64,000 bases of DNA from an uncultured virus (IMG/VR IMGVR_UViG_3300028832_000009) (taxonomy: Duplodnaviria; Heunggongvirae; Uroviricota; Caudoviricetes), in IMG/VR virus record IMGVR_UViG_3300028832_000009; one strand, given 5' to 3'. This document shows positions 34,330 through 45,400 of this stretch, piece after piece. The notes under the pieces are model-generated. The model was given only the letters and a program-made list of their open reading frames with translations. It did no database searches and was not told where the DNA came from. The translations under genes were made by a program, and so were the position numbers. Numbering within the stretch: the stretch's first letter is position 1; each line of letters starts with the position of its first letter.

Positions 34330-36401
34330 GGAACGGGCCGGTTGACATAAAGGCGATGCTCGCCTTGAACAAGGAAAGGAAGAACAAATACTTCCGCACC
34401 TACGATCCCGTCCGCGGCGACCCCGACGGAGAGGTGGTGCCGAGGTGCCGGCTCGTCATAGAGGGCGAGACCTTCTTCGTGCCGCTGCAGATGCTCGCGG
34501 ATGATTTCGTCAAGGCTTATCTCAAGTACCGCGGAGCGAAAGGGCTCCTGGAAGCGACGGGACAGCCGGTGACGGAATCCAACATCACCGCCGTGACGGA
34601 GCACCTCTACAAGCTGCGCCTGAAGTACGACTTCGAGTTCTGCGCAGCAACCACGATAAAAATACAGGACAAGGAGACCAAGCGGTACATACCCCTCTAT
34701 CTCAACGAGGGGCAGCGCATCCTCATAGGGGAATACGAGCGGCAGCGGCTTGAAGGAGTGCCCATCCGCGTCCTTCTCGTCAAGGCAAGGCAGTGGGGCG
34801 GCTCCACCGCAACACAGTGCTATATGTTCTGGCTGCAGAGGTATTGGTTCGAGAACTGGCACTCCTGCATCGTTGCACTCAACCAGACGCAGGCCGTCAA
34901 TATCCGCACGATGTATAAGAACCTCGTCGCAAAGCTGCCCGATTGGAGCGAGCCCGTGACGTTCAAGAGGTTCGAGGGGACGGAACTGATAAGGATCATA
35001 CCGGAGAGGGGATGCCGTGTGCAGATAGGCTCCGCGACCAAGCCGGATGCGCTCCGCTCCTTCGACTTCTCCCTCGTGCATATGTCCGAGGTGGGCTTGT
35101 GGAAGGATACGAAGGAGGCGAAGGGCGATGACGTGGCAATGGCGCTCTACTCCACCGTCCCCGACGTGCCCGGCACGATGATAGTGATGGAGTCCACCGC
35201 GAAGGGCGTGGGGAACTATTTCCACCGCCAGTACCTCGCGGCCCTGGACAACAAGAAGAAAGGGGTGACGGGAATACGCCCGGTATTCGTGGCGTGGTAT
35301 GTCGATGCGCGGTACACCACCCCGTACTTCAACAGATACGGCAGCACGGAAGAGTTCGTGGCGACCTGGTCGGAATACAACTGGTGGCAATGGGAGCAGG
35401 GCGCGACACTTGACGGCATCTACTGGTACAATCAGTACAAGCAGTCACGGCACTGGACGGACTTCCAGATGAAGTCGGAGTACCCCACCACGGCGGAAGA
35501 GGCGTTCCAGACCAAGAGCGGAAGGTACTTCACCGACGAGATGCTCTCCTGGCTGAAGAAGAGCGTGAGGGCCCCGAAGTTCGTCGGGGACATCCGCGGC
35601 GACGCCACGATAGGGGAGAAGGCCCTGCAGAACGTGAAACTCTATCCGAACGATTCCCTGGAGACCGAAGTCCTCAAGATATGGATAATGCCGACGGACG
35701 GAGCGCCTGCCGGGAAGAAGGTGAAGAACCGCTTCATCGTGACGGTGGACGTGGGCGGCAGGGGCTACCGGTCCGACTGGTCCGTCATCTCGGTGTGCGA
35801 CCGCATCTCCCTCGCGGGGGATTTCGGGGCGCTGGAGAGGGCCGCACTCTGGAGGGGGCACGTCGATCCCGACATCCTCGCGTACAAGGCCGCGCAGATA
35901 GCGACCTTCTATGACGATGCGCTGCTCGTGATAGAATCCAACACCTACGATACCAAGAACAAGAAGTCCGATGACGCGGACAAGTCCGAGGGCGACCACA
36001 CCTACACCGTCCTCGACACACTCGGCGGCCTGTACGAGAACCTCTACCGCAGGCGCACCGCACCGGACAACACGCGGGACAGGGAGACACGGCACATCGG
36101 CTGGCATATGAACAAGCAGTCCAAGTACCAGGCGTACGACGATTACTCCATCCGCATCAGGGAGGGGGACTATATGGAATACTCGCAGGATGCTGCGGAC
36201 GAGGCGATGTGGCTGATGAACGTCCCGGGAGGAAAGATAGAGGCGATGGAAGGGACGCACGACGACATCCAGGACACCACGGCCGTGGCGAACTACATCT
36301 CCTTCGGGAGTATGCCCCCGGTAAAGATAGTGGAGGAAACCCCCACGAGGGCCTCCTCCACGGTCCGTTCCCGCACCGGCGGCGGGGAATCCTCTTTCTA
36401 A
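34326..36401 (+). CDS. terL: terminase large subunit
   Basis: LNEGQ, LLVKARQWGGST, VHMSEVG, MESTAKG, VTVDVGG..DWS, LVIESN, HDD. Confidence 0.93.
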   Translation: MRNGPVDIKAMLALNKERKNKYFRTYDPVRGDPDGEVVPRCRLVIEGETFFVPLQMLADDFVKAYLKYRGAKGLLEATGQPVTESNITAVTEHLYKLRLKYDFEFCAATTIKIQDKETKRYIPLYLNEGQRILIGEYERQRLEGVPIRVLLVKARQWGGSTATQCYMFWLQRYWFENWHSCIVALNQTQAVNIRTMYKNLVAKLPDWSEPVTFKRFEGTELIRIIPERGCRVQIGSATKPDALRSFDFSLVHMSEVGLWKDTKEAKGDDVAMALYSTVPDVPGTMIVMESTAKGVGNYFHRQYLAALDNKKKGVTGIRPVFVAWYVDARYTTPYFNRYGSTEEFVATWSEYNWWQWEQGATLDGIYWYNQYKQSRHWTDFQMKSEYPTTAEEAFQTKSGRYFTDEMLSWLKKSVRAPKFVGDIRGDATIGEKALQNVKLYPNDSLETEVLKIWIMPTDGAPAGKKVKNRFIVTVDVGGRGYRSDWSVISVCDRISLAGDFGALERAALWRGHVDPDILAYKAAQIATFYDDALLVIESNTYDTKNKKSDDADKSEGDHTYTVLDTLGGLYENLYRRRTAPDNTRDRETRHIGWHMNKQSKYQAYDDYSIRIREGDYMEYSQDAADEAMWLMNVPGGKIEAMEGTHDDIQDTTAVANYISFGSMPPVKIVEETPTRASSTVRSRTGGGESSF

Positions 36402-36958
36402 AGCGACGACTTCTTCCTCAACCCGAGCAACCGCTGCGAGAGTGCGGCAAGCTGCCTGCCGAACTGCTCGGCACAGACCTTCGTTACGGCAGGATGCGTC
36501 ACCTTGGCATAATACTCCGCCAGCACTCCCTGCTCTATCGCCGAGAGGAAAGCGGAATCCGCCAGGGCGGGATCGTTTGGGTTGTACGCGCCGTTGTCCA
36601 TCAGCCTTATCACCACATAGTTCTTCGCGTCGTCCACGCCGAGGGCGGCTATCTCTTCCTGCGTTGCATCCGGGAAGAGCTGCTTGAACGCCGATCCGGT
36701 CATCTGCTCCTGCGTGGCGTCGGGTATGCCGTAGGTAAGCCCCCTCGCCACCTCGAATACGGCAGGCAGCTGTTCGCGCAGGCAGAGCGCAACCGTGTCG
36801 GTCTCGTCCTCGGTAATGAGAAATGCCTCCGATATATCCTCTCCCTCCTTCGATGTGATGTTCTTGCAAAGGAAAGCGGACTGATGCCGCACATCGTGGA
36901 AAATATCGTCATGGGCGTAATAGAAGATTATCTGTCCTTCGTACAATTTCGTTTTCAT
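36398..36958 (-). CDS. hypothetical virion protein
   Basis: ATG at 36958; downstream of the portal gene. Confidence 0.65.
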   Translation of the reverse strand: MKTKLYEGQIIFYYAHDDIFHDVRHQSAFLCKNITSKEGEDISEAFLITEDETDTVALCLREQLPAVFEVARGLTYGIPDATQEQMTGSAFKQLFPDATQEEIAALGVDDAKNYVVIRLMDNGAYNPNDPALADSAFLSAIEQGVLAEYYAKVTHPAVTKVCAEQFGRQLAALSQRLLGLRKKSSL

Positions 36959-36972
36959 CTTGCTTCGGATTA

Positions 36973-37455
36973 TTAAAGTGGTCTGAATGGTCTCTCTATC
37001 GGCACCCTCCTGAAATGCAGGATATGCCGTATCTCGTCCTTCTCTCCCTCGGAGCCGAAGTCGCTGCCGTGTCCGAACCATTTCTCCATCAGCTTGGCTA
37101 TGAGGAACTCAAGGCAGTGCGACGCGAGAGGGGAAAGGAGTTCCGATTCGTGGTTGTCCGTCATCGGAAGGGTAAATACGGTGGTGAGCATCTTCGTGGT
37201 CTCGTCCGTGGTGTTGATGATCGAGCCTCCGACACGGGTGGTGCGCCTTGCCAGCACGGCTGACAGCTCCGCGAGGGCATCCCTGTAATAGCGGTGCAGT
37301 ATGGCCCTGTCGTCATCGCTGGCCACAAGGGACGGCGCATTGCCGAGCGAGCGCCGCTTGCTCTCCTGGATCGTCTCGTCGATGAATCGGTTGAACACCT
37401 CGTTCTCGACGATGGTGACTTTCCATACATTCGTGATAGTCCTGTCTATTTCCAT
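36973..37455 (-). CDS. hypothetical virion protein (adaptor-like)
   Basis: Directly downstream of the portal gene. Confidence 0.65.
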   Translation of the reverse strand: MEIDRTITNVWKVTIVENEVFNRFIDETIQESKRRSLGNAPSLVASDDDRAILHRYYRDALAELSAVLARRTTRVGGSIINTTDETTKMLTTVFTLPMTDNHESELLSPLASHCLEFLIAKLMEKWFGHGSDFGSEGEKDEIRHILHFRRVPIERPFRPL

Positions 37456-37468
37456 ATCCGTATCGTTT

Positions 37469-39490
37469 TTATCTGTTCATGAACTGGGCTGCCGCTGCCA
37501 TCCTTTCGGGACTGACCTGGGGGAGCGACGCCTGGATGTCGGCTAACTGCTGCTGGCTCACGCCCTGCCCGGCCTGGAGCTGCGAGGATGCCTGCTGCAG
37601 CTTGGCGAGAAGGTCGTCCCCGAAGGGCTTGGCACCGCTCGCCTGATACTGCTCGATGGTTGCCGCTCCGTTCATCAGGAGGTTGGCCATGAGCCGCTCG
37701 TTGTAGAGTCTCACTACGGCGGTATCCACGCTCTTGCGTATCTGGTTGCGGAGTTTGTATTTCCGCACCTCGGCCGCGACATAGTGCTTCGCCTCCTCGC
37801 TCGCCCCTTCGGGAGCGGGGGAGTAGCCGTCGGGGCAGAACTGCTGGATTATCTGTATGAGTTTGTAGTCCCTCTGCTCAAGGAACCACCCGTACGCCTC
37901 CACATAGTCCAGCACGTTTATCTGCGAGTTGTTCACCTCCTGGTTGTAGAGGGATGCGGGAGTGCCTGCGGTGGGAGCCTTGCCCTGCATCGCTCCCTGA
38001 ACGCCGGAGATGTCCATCATCATCTTCATCATCAGGTTGATCATCTCGAACTGGCCGATGTTCACCTGATGCCCGGCGAGCTGCTGGGGTATCATCGCTC
38101 CGTCCTTCATCTTTATCTTGATGACGCCGCGGTACTTGGTCCACTCTTCGGCGATGTCCTCAAGGTCGAAGTCATCGGATATCGAGTTCTCGTCCACGAG
38201 GAGCACGCCCTGCTGCGAAGCGGCCATGGCGAAGTCAAGGTTGATGACCATACGGTTGACCATCCTCTGCTGGTCTATGAGGTCGTAGGTCATGCCATAG
38301 ACCTGGCCCTGGAAGAGAGGATAGAACTTCGCCACATAGCAGTGGCTGTTGTGCTGGAAGGGATTCTCGGCCTGCCACAGAATATGCCCCCAGGGGGAGA
38401 GGTGGTAGTACATCCAGCGACGGACATACTTCCTCTCATAGACTATCTTCAGGTGGTTGGCAGGATCTTCGTAATCCACGCCTATCTCTTCCGCAATCTT
38501 CTTCCTGCGTTCCACCTCGTTCCGCACCTCGGCCTCCTTGCCGGGGAACTCGCGGGATGAATACACCTCGAAGGACGCATCGGAGTAGTCGTGCACGGCG
38601 AGGTCCCACGCACCCTCCAGGCGGCACACGCGGATAACCCTGCACCTGCCGTCCGACGCGGAGCCGATGATGCTATCCGCAGCGGGGTCGCGTACCACGA
38701 ACGCCCTGTACCCGGTGGGCATGGTGTGCGTCTCGTGCGTATAGATGTTCTCCAGCGCCTGCTCCTGTGCGGGATTGTGTGCGTACAGGCTCTTGACCTC
38801 GCCCAAGGGCAGGTCAACGAAATCGCCGCAGAAGGACACGTCCTTCCCCGCCACGTCCGTGGCATCGGGGTTCTGGAAGTAGCGGTGGTAGTCGATGTGC
38901 CTGAAGAAAGGTATGGGCTGGCCCAGCTCCGGATCGTACGAGTAGCCGGTATAGGCTATCACCGCACCGGTATTGAGGAATCCCTCATATCCCCTCGCAT
39001 CCCTCTCCGTGGCATCGTTGTACCTCAATATGTCGTTCAGCTTCACGCTTGTCATGTCCGCTGCCCGCTGCCCGCCCTCGTCGGACGAATAGACCACCGA
39101 CTGATAGGGGGTGGTGCGGAACTGCCCCACCACGTTCCTCACGATGGGACGGATGAGGTTCTGCTTGAGCGCCGGACGGCCCTGCCGCTTGATGTATTCC
39201 TCTTCGGTGATTACCTCCCTGCGACCGAACCTGTCCTTCAGCTCTATCTTGTCACCCCACTGGTTCCCCTTGTAGTAGTCGGCGCTGCGGTCCGCCTGCT
39301 TGCGGAAATCGGCGTACGCATCGTGGCATCGTCCCGCCTCCGTGATGATGTCCAACGATGCTTTCGTGACCACGAAGTTGCTGCCGGTCAACTGCTGCGT
39401 ACCGTCGATGCCGACCTTGCTCTTCGGCCTGGGGGTCCTGTCGGCCCTCGCCCGCAAGGCGGCTATGTCAGTATCTGTTATTTTTCTCAT
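37469..39490 (-). CDS. portal protein (P22-like)
   Basis: DYYKGNQW, RPALKQNLIRPIV..VVG, DLIDQQRMVN, ISGV..AMQG; Q-rich tail. Confidence 0.88.
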   Translation of the reverse strand: MRKITDTDIAALRARADRTPRPKSKVGIDGTQQLTGSNFVVTKASLDIITEAGRCHDAYADFRKQADRSADYYKGNQWGDKIELKDRFGRREVITEEEYIKRQGRPALKQNLIRPIVRNVVGQFRTTPYQSVVYSSDEGGQRAADMTSVKLNDILRYNDATERDARGYEGFLNTGAVIAYTGYSYDPELGQPIPFFRHIDYHRYFQNPDATDVAGKDVSFCGDFVDLPLGEVKSLYAHNPAQEQALENIYTHETHTMPTGYRAFVVRDPAADSIIGSASDGRCRVIRVCRLEGAWDLAVHDYSDASFEVYSSREFPGKEAEVRNEVERRKKIAEEIGVDYEDPANHLKIVYERKYVRRWMYYHLSPWGHILWQAENPFQHNSHCYVAKFYPLFQGQVYGMTYDLIDQQRMVNRMVINLDFAMAASQQGVLLVDENSISDDFDLEDIAEEWTKYRGVIKIKMKDGAMIPQQLAGHQVNIGQFEMINLMMKMMMDISGVQGAMQGKAPTAGTPASLYNQEVNNSQINVLDYVEAYGWFLEQRDYKLIQIIQQFCPDGYSPAPEGASEEAKHYVAAEVRKYKLRNQIRKSVDTAVVRLYNERLMANLLMNGAATIEQYQASGAKPFGDDLLAKLQQASSQLQAGQGVSQQQLADIQASLPQVSPERMAAAAQFMNR

Positions 39491-39499
39491 ATGGCATGA

Positions 39500-42400
39500 T
39501 TATTTGTTTTTTACTATTTCCCTTGCCCTTTCGTACACCTTTTCCGTGGCAGGCTGCTTCGGCTCGTATGGGATTCCGTTCCTGCGTTTCTCCTGGACGT
39601 GGTTGTATTCCTCTTCCATGAGCGCGTCCACGAGGTCGGATTCGGCGCTGTGGTACTTGTGCCAGGCATCCTGCACCTCCAGGGAGAACGCGGCCTTCGC
39701 ATCCTTCTCTTCCTGCGTCTTGCCGGGCATCGCCACGAGCTGCTCAAGGAGTTCCTTCCAGTCCTTCTTCAGCTGCTCGACGCCCTTGCGCTCTATCTCG
39801 CGGGACTTGTAGAGGTCGCCCTTGGAGTAGGAGCCGTCCTTGGCATCCCGCTGGCGCACCTTCATCTTGTACTCGTTGTTCATTCCGTCGCGGAACATCT
39901 TGCCGAGCACATAGTCCTCACCTTCGAGGATCTTCTGCACCCTCGCCTCCTTGGGGAGATTCTCCGGGTGGTCATAGGCCATCGACGAGGTGATGTCCTT
40001 AGTGCCGGCGGCTATGTTCAACCGCTTGACCACATCTTCGGACAGCCTCTGATAGTCGTACAGCGCGGAGGTCTCGAAGGAGCTGCTGCGGTCCTTGTCG
40101 ATATGCCCCGTGAATCCGCTGAGGAAAGGAATGTCATCCCACCTTCTCGGGCGCTCCTCGTCCGCTGCAACCAGTTTCGCCACATCTTCCGCGACCCTGT
40201 AGAATCCGCCCCCGAGGTTGCGGAACACATCCCTCAGCACGCCGGGAGCTATGTCGATGCCCGTCGTCTGGGCGAGGCGCTGACAAGCCTCCACGAGTGC
40301 TTTCGGTGTGCTGGCATATGCGGACTGCGACTGAGGCACCGTACCGCTGAACGGATTGACCTTCTTCAGCGGCCTGCCGGTGTAGTCCCTGTTGGTGGCG
40401 ATGTCCACTATGAACATCGTCGCATCGGGAGTGACCGTACGGAGGACGGCGTCGCTTATGTTGCCGTTGGGGGTATATCCCTCTATCGGGTTGACGGGGA
40501 GTATCCCGGCTGCGGTGTTGATCGCATCAAGCCCTATGGTGAATCCGTTGCGGGCGGGATGCTTGTGGTACAGCAGCGATGCCGCTATGTCTCCCAGGCC
40601 ATAGAACGCACGGAGTTCCACCGCCAGGGGTATGGCGAGATAACCCGTGCCGGTACCGAGCACGATGCTGTTGCGCCTTACCCATTCGGGAAGGTTCCAA
40701 TACCAGTCGTGCTTCTTCCTCTCGTCTCCGTCTCCGTCATCGTCGCCCATGCCTGCCGCGAGCCCTGCGAGAGCCGCATTGAGCATCGGGGTGAGGACGC
40801 CGAGAAGGACGAGACCCCCGGCAGCGGCCGACACTTTCACGGGATTGACCTTGAACAGATGCAGGAAGTTGTCAAAGCCCTGCACGCCCGCATTGTAGAA
40901 GTAGTGCGTGGCACCCAGGTAGGCCGCGGTACCTCCGAGGAAGTCCTTGCCGGACTGCAGCCCCTTGCGGTTGAAGTTCACCGAAATCTCCTTCGCATCC
41001 GCTGCCGAGCGCTGTCCGCTGCGGCCCATATTGCGGGAAGTCTCGTATGCCGTGAACCTCGTCAGCAGCTCGAATCCCTCGTTCAGTGTCTTGACGAACT
41101 TCGCATAGTGCCCGAGGATAGGTATGCGCACCTTGCCCACATCTTCTCCGGCACGGCGCATCGAGCGCTCTATGCTCTTCTTTATCTCGGAGACGGAGTT
41201 GATGATGGTGTAACCGGTCTGCCCTCCGTCACGCATGAAGTCCATGAACATCTGCTCCTTGGGGGTGGGGTTGGGCTTGGTCTGGAGTTTGCCGCTCTCC
41301 CACTCTGCCATCAGCTTCACCATAGGATAGGCGAAAGTGCCGTAGCCGAAGTTGGCTATCCAGTTCTTCCTGTACTGATGACGGTACGGCCTGTCCTCCT
41401 TCGTTATGAGAGCAAGCTGCGAATAGATGGTATCCCTTATGAGGTTCCTCGCGGTGAAGTCAAGGGAATAGGTGGTGAAGAGGTTGGAGAGGGCGCGTGA
41501 TGCCCTGCGTATGAGCCGCATCGTCTTTGCACGCCCCAGCCCTGCCACGGCCTTGGCTATGGCGGGGTCTCCGTTCACCCATATCATCTTGTCCATTCCT
41601 CCGACCTTCAGCCGTATGAGGTGTTCGTTCGCGTGTGCCTTGTTGGCCATGATCCTGTCGAGTCTCAGTCCCCTGCGCCCTTTCTTCGCGAGGGGAGTAC
41701 CGCTGGTGCCGTCGGGCTGTATGTTCTCACGCATCGCCCTCATCCTCGCCTCGAACTTCTCAAGGGTTTCATCCGGGCGGGGCTGCGCGAGCGCCCATTG
41801 GCCGGTAGCGGGGTCCTTCTCGTACCAGGCATCGGTCTGCGTGAGCAGGGAGTTCTCCCCGGCGTTCAGCACGAAACGGTAGAGAGCCTGACGGGCCCAG
41901 TTGTCGTTGCCCTGGACTATCTCCGACTCCGCTATGTTGAGTATGTTCGCTATGGGGTTGTCCGCTTTCGTCCAGCGGCCGTTCATCTTCTTCACCACGA
42001 CGGACCCGATATTGGGATGCACCATGCTGTCATAGCCGTACACGTCCTCGGCGGTCTCTTCATCGAAGCCCCTCAAGGGGAGGTAATACTCCCACATCCT
42101 CGGCTCCGATTCCGTGCCGTGCAGGCGCTCGTATTCCTCCCTCGTCAGGAGTCCGTGCCTGTATGCGTGTTCAAGGCTGTAGTCGGTGCAGGCGCGTATG
42201 CGCTCCCACAGCTCCTCAAGGGCGGCATCGTCACCCACCTCGCTGCGGAACCGGGCAATGAGCGCCTTTGCGTCATCCTCTGCCTCGCGCCACTCGTCGG
42301 ACGGACGGCCTACCAGCGAAGTGAGACCGGACCAGTCCCTCTTCATTCCCTCGTAGCGGGATTCTATCTCGGCCTTCTTCTCCGCAAGGGCCTGCTCGAA

Positions 42401-45400
42401 CTTCGCAAGCTGCGCTTCCGTCCCGTTCTTCATCAGCTCAAGGCGTTCTTTCGCTGCCGCCTCTCCCAGAAGGTCAAGGGCCTCCTGCTTGCGCTGCTCT
42501 ATCTCGTTGTTCTTGTAGTCGTTTCGTTCGATGCCGGATACCGCATAGAGGTAGTCGAGGATCTTCTCGTATGATTCCTCCCTGCCGGCTGCTCCGCGTG
42601 TCTCCACGGGCACCTTGGCCTGCACCTTGCGCAGCTGCTCCAGGAGGGGAGTGAAACGGAACAGCTCGAACTCGTGGGCCTGGCTCTCCGCCCGGCTGCT
42701 GGCGAGGTTGTGCCGTGTCAGGTAGTCCTCGTTCTCTTCAATCTTGTCCTTGCCTACCTCCTGCATTATCTTCTCCATCCCTATCTTGACGGGGAGGTCT
42801 GCGTTCTGGTGCTCCATCACGAGGGTGTTGCGCCAGTCGCGCATCTCCGATTCATAGTCCACCTTCGCCACTCCCGAATCTCCGTCGCGGAAGAGCCTCC
42901 CGGTCCCGGGCCCATCGGGATCGGTGGGCCTGTTCGGGTCGGTTTCGTTGATTCCGAGTTCGCGCTTGAGGTGCGTATCCCAGGCCCAGCCCTCCATGGT
43001 GGAGAGGTAGTCGGGATTCTTCAGTTGCTCATAGGATGCGCGGAGGATATAGTTCAGTTCCCTGTCGGTGAAGAGGAATCCGTCCGTGCCGAAGATGGCA
43101 TCCACTATCCTGCCGATGGCTCTCTTTATGTCATCCCAGACACTGGTCCTGAAGTCTCCGCTCTCGGCGAGGGATGCGAGGTATTCCTCCATTCCCCGGA
43201 CGATGCCTGCGTCTCCTGGCTGCAGTCCGTGATTGAGCATATAGGATGATACCCACGCCCTGCCCTTGCTGTCAAGCGCGGAATAGATGCCAACCATTGC
43301 CTCGTTGAACTTGTCCCCGAAGAGCCTGCGCAGCCCAAGGTGTCCTACGGTCTCGTGGAACACCGTTGCCATTGCGTCGCGGAGGTCGGACACGTTATCC
43401 ATGCAGATTGCCACTTCGCCGGTTGCGGTGTCGTAATAACCCTTGTCCCTCTTGTGGCCTGCGGGCATCTCGTCGCGGCTTATCTGCCTGATGGGGACTC
43501 CGAGGATCTCGGACATACTGTCCAGCCTTCTATCCACGCCCCTGCGTTCCCCGTCAGTGATACGGCTGGCGGCGGCATTTTCTTCCGGAGCGGGGCTGGC
43601 CGCTTCCTCGGTCGCTCCCGCTTCTCCGTCACGCATACGCATTTCAGGATGAGGGTCGAGGTTGCGTTTTCTTATCTCGGCCTCAAGGTCCTTGTTTCCT
43701 GGCAGGAGATAATTGGTGCGGAGCAGCTCCGTGTCGGTCATGTCGTCGATGAAGGTATGCAGGCTGAGGACCATCTCCGCTTTCTTCCCTATCTTCTTCG
43801 CCCTATGGAGCGCCTCCTTCCTGTCCTTGAACTCCTGTGCCTTGTTGTCGGCCTCGTTGATCTCGCTGTATGACCTCGCACCGAAGCCGGTACCGCGGAA
43901 ATACTCCGTGAAGGCGTGCTGGTTGAACCCCTCGATGAGTGCATCCAACCTCTCCAGCACGGCTTCCTCCGCATTCTGTGTCTTGCCGGTGTAATCATCC
44001 CTGTCAGTGACGTTCGTGAAGGACATCACGCCCGAAAGCACCTTTATGCCGAGAGTCATCTTCCGCAGATCGGCGCGGAACTCTTCGTTACTGCCGGCCT
44101 CGGCCATCATCTCATACCAATCCGTAGTACCATAGTCGGTATAGGCATTGCCATCTCCGGTACTGTGCTGGAAGAGCTGATTGTACTTTATGAGCCTCCA
44201 GATGCCGTCCAGCTGGTTGACTATGTCGAGCATCTCCTCGGATATGAGGTGCTCGTACCCATATTCCACGCAGCCTTTCGCATAGGCGGTCACAGTATGG
44301 ATTACTTCGTGAAGGAACGTGTCCGCTTTCATCTGGTCGGTAATCCAATCGGAGTTCATGTACTTCCAGTTGTAAGTCAGCTCCTGTCCCGCAGTATGTC
44401 CCCCGACATTGTTAGGGGTTTTCTCGTTGAAAATGGTGGTAAGACCGAGTTTCTTGACAAGAGGGAACACCTTCTTCGCTATCTCGGCATTGCCCTTGTC
44501 CTTGTTCAGCTTGTTGAAGTTCTCTTCGACGACATCGAACGGGACTTCGCCTGCCTCAAAGTGCAAGAGGTTTCCGTGAACCCCTCGCACCGCGAGTTCC
44601 TCCTTCTCGGCCTCGCGCTTTGCATACAGGGAGTCCCTGCGCTCCTTGCTTGTCGCCTGGGCGATTTCCTCATCTTTTATGAGGACATCCCAGGCCATCC
44701 TTATGGAGTCATTCTTCGCGGCTTTCTTGCGCAGGTATGCCTGACGGGCCTGGACAAAATCGCGGATCTGCTTCTTGAGGTCCTCGTTGTTCACGTCCAT
44801 CTTGTACTGGTCAAGCATCTGCTTGAGCTGGCGCTCTATATCCCATTGGTCAAGGTTATTTCCATACTTGTCGTGGAACTCTTTCAGAACCTCCTCGTAT
44901 GGCTTGTCGGTATAGACTATGGCGTCCACCCTTTCCGTGCTGTCAGGCATGATGAAGAGCGTCTCCTTGGTGAATCCGTAGTTGCGGTAGAGGTGGTCGA
45001 GTACGGCCTCGACATTCTCTTCCGTCACGGTAGCCCTTATCGTATCCTTTGTCCAGGCGATGAAGGTATTGTCCACCAACAGGGGCTTCAGGTCCTCGTC
45101 GAGCATGAGAGGGTTCTTGGCGAGATTCTCCCTGCTCCTCAAGGGGCGCAGATATTGCACTACCATCACGTCTCCATCACGGCGGACCTCTATGTTCGTC
45201 TTGTCATCATAGATGCCGTTGTATCCGTTCCACACATCATCCTTGGTGACTGCGCTGCGTATCTTGAAGTTCTCCGGGTCGAAGTCCTCGGCGAGCAACA
45301 TACCCCTGTCCACGGTCACCTCCCCGGTATCCGTGTCTTTACGGGTGAAGGTGGTGATGGTGCCCTTGTACTCTCCGAGCTTTCCGCAAGCCTGGAGGAT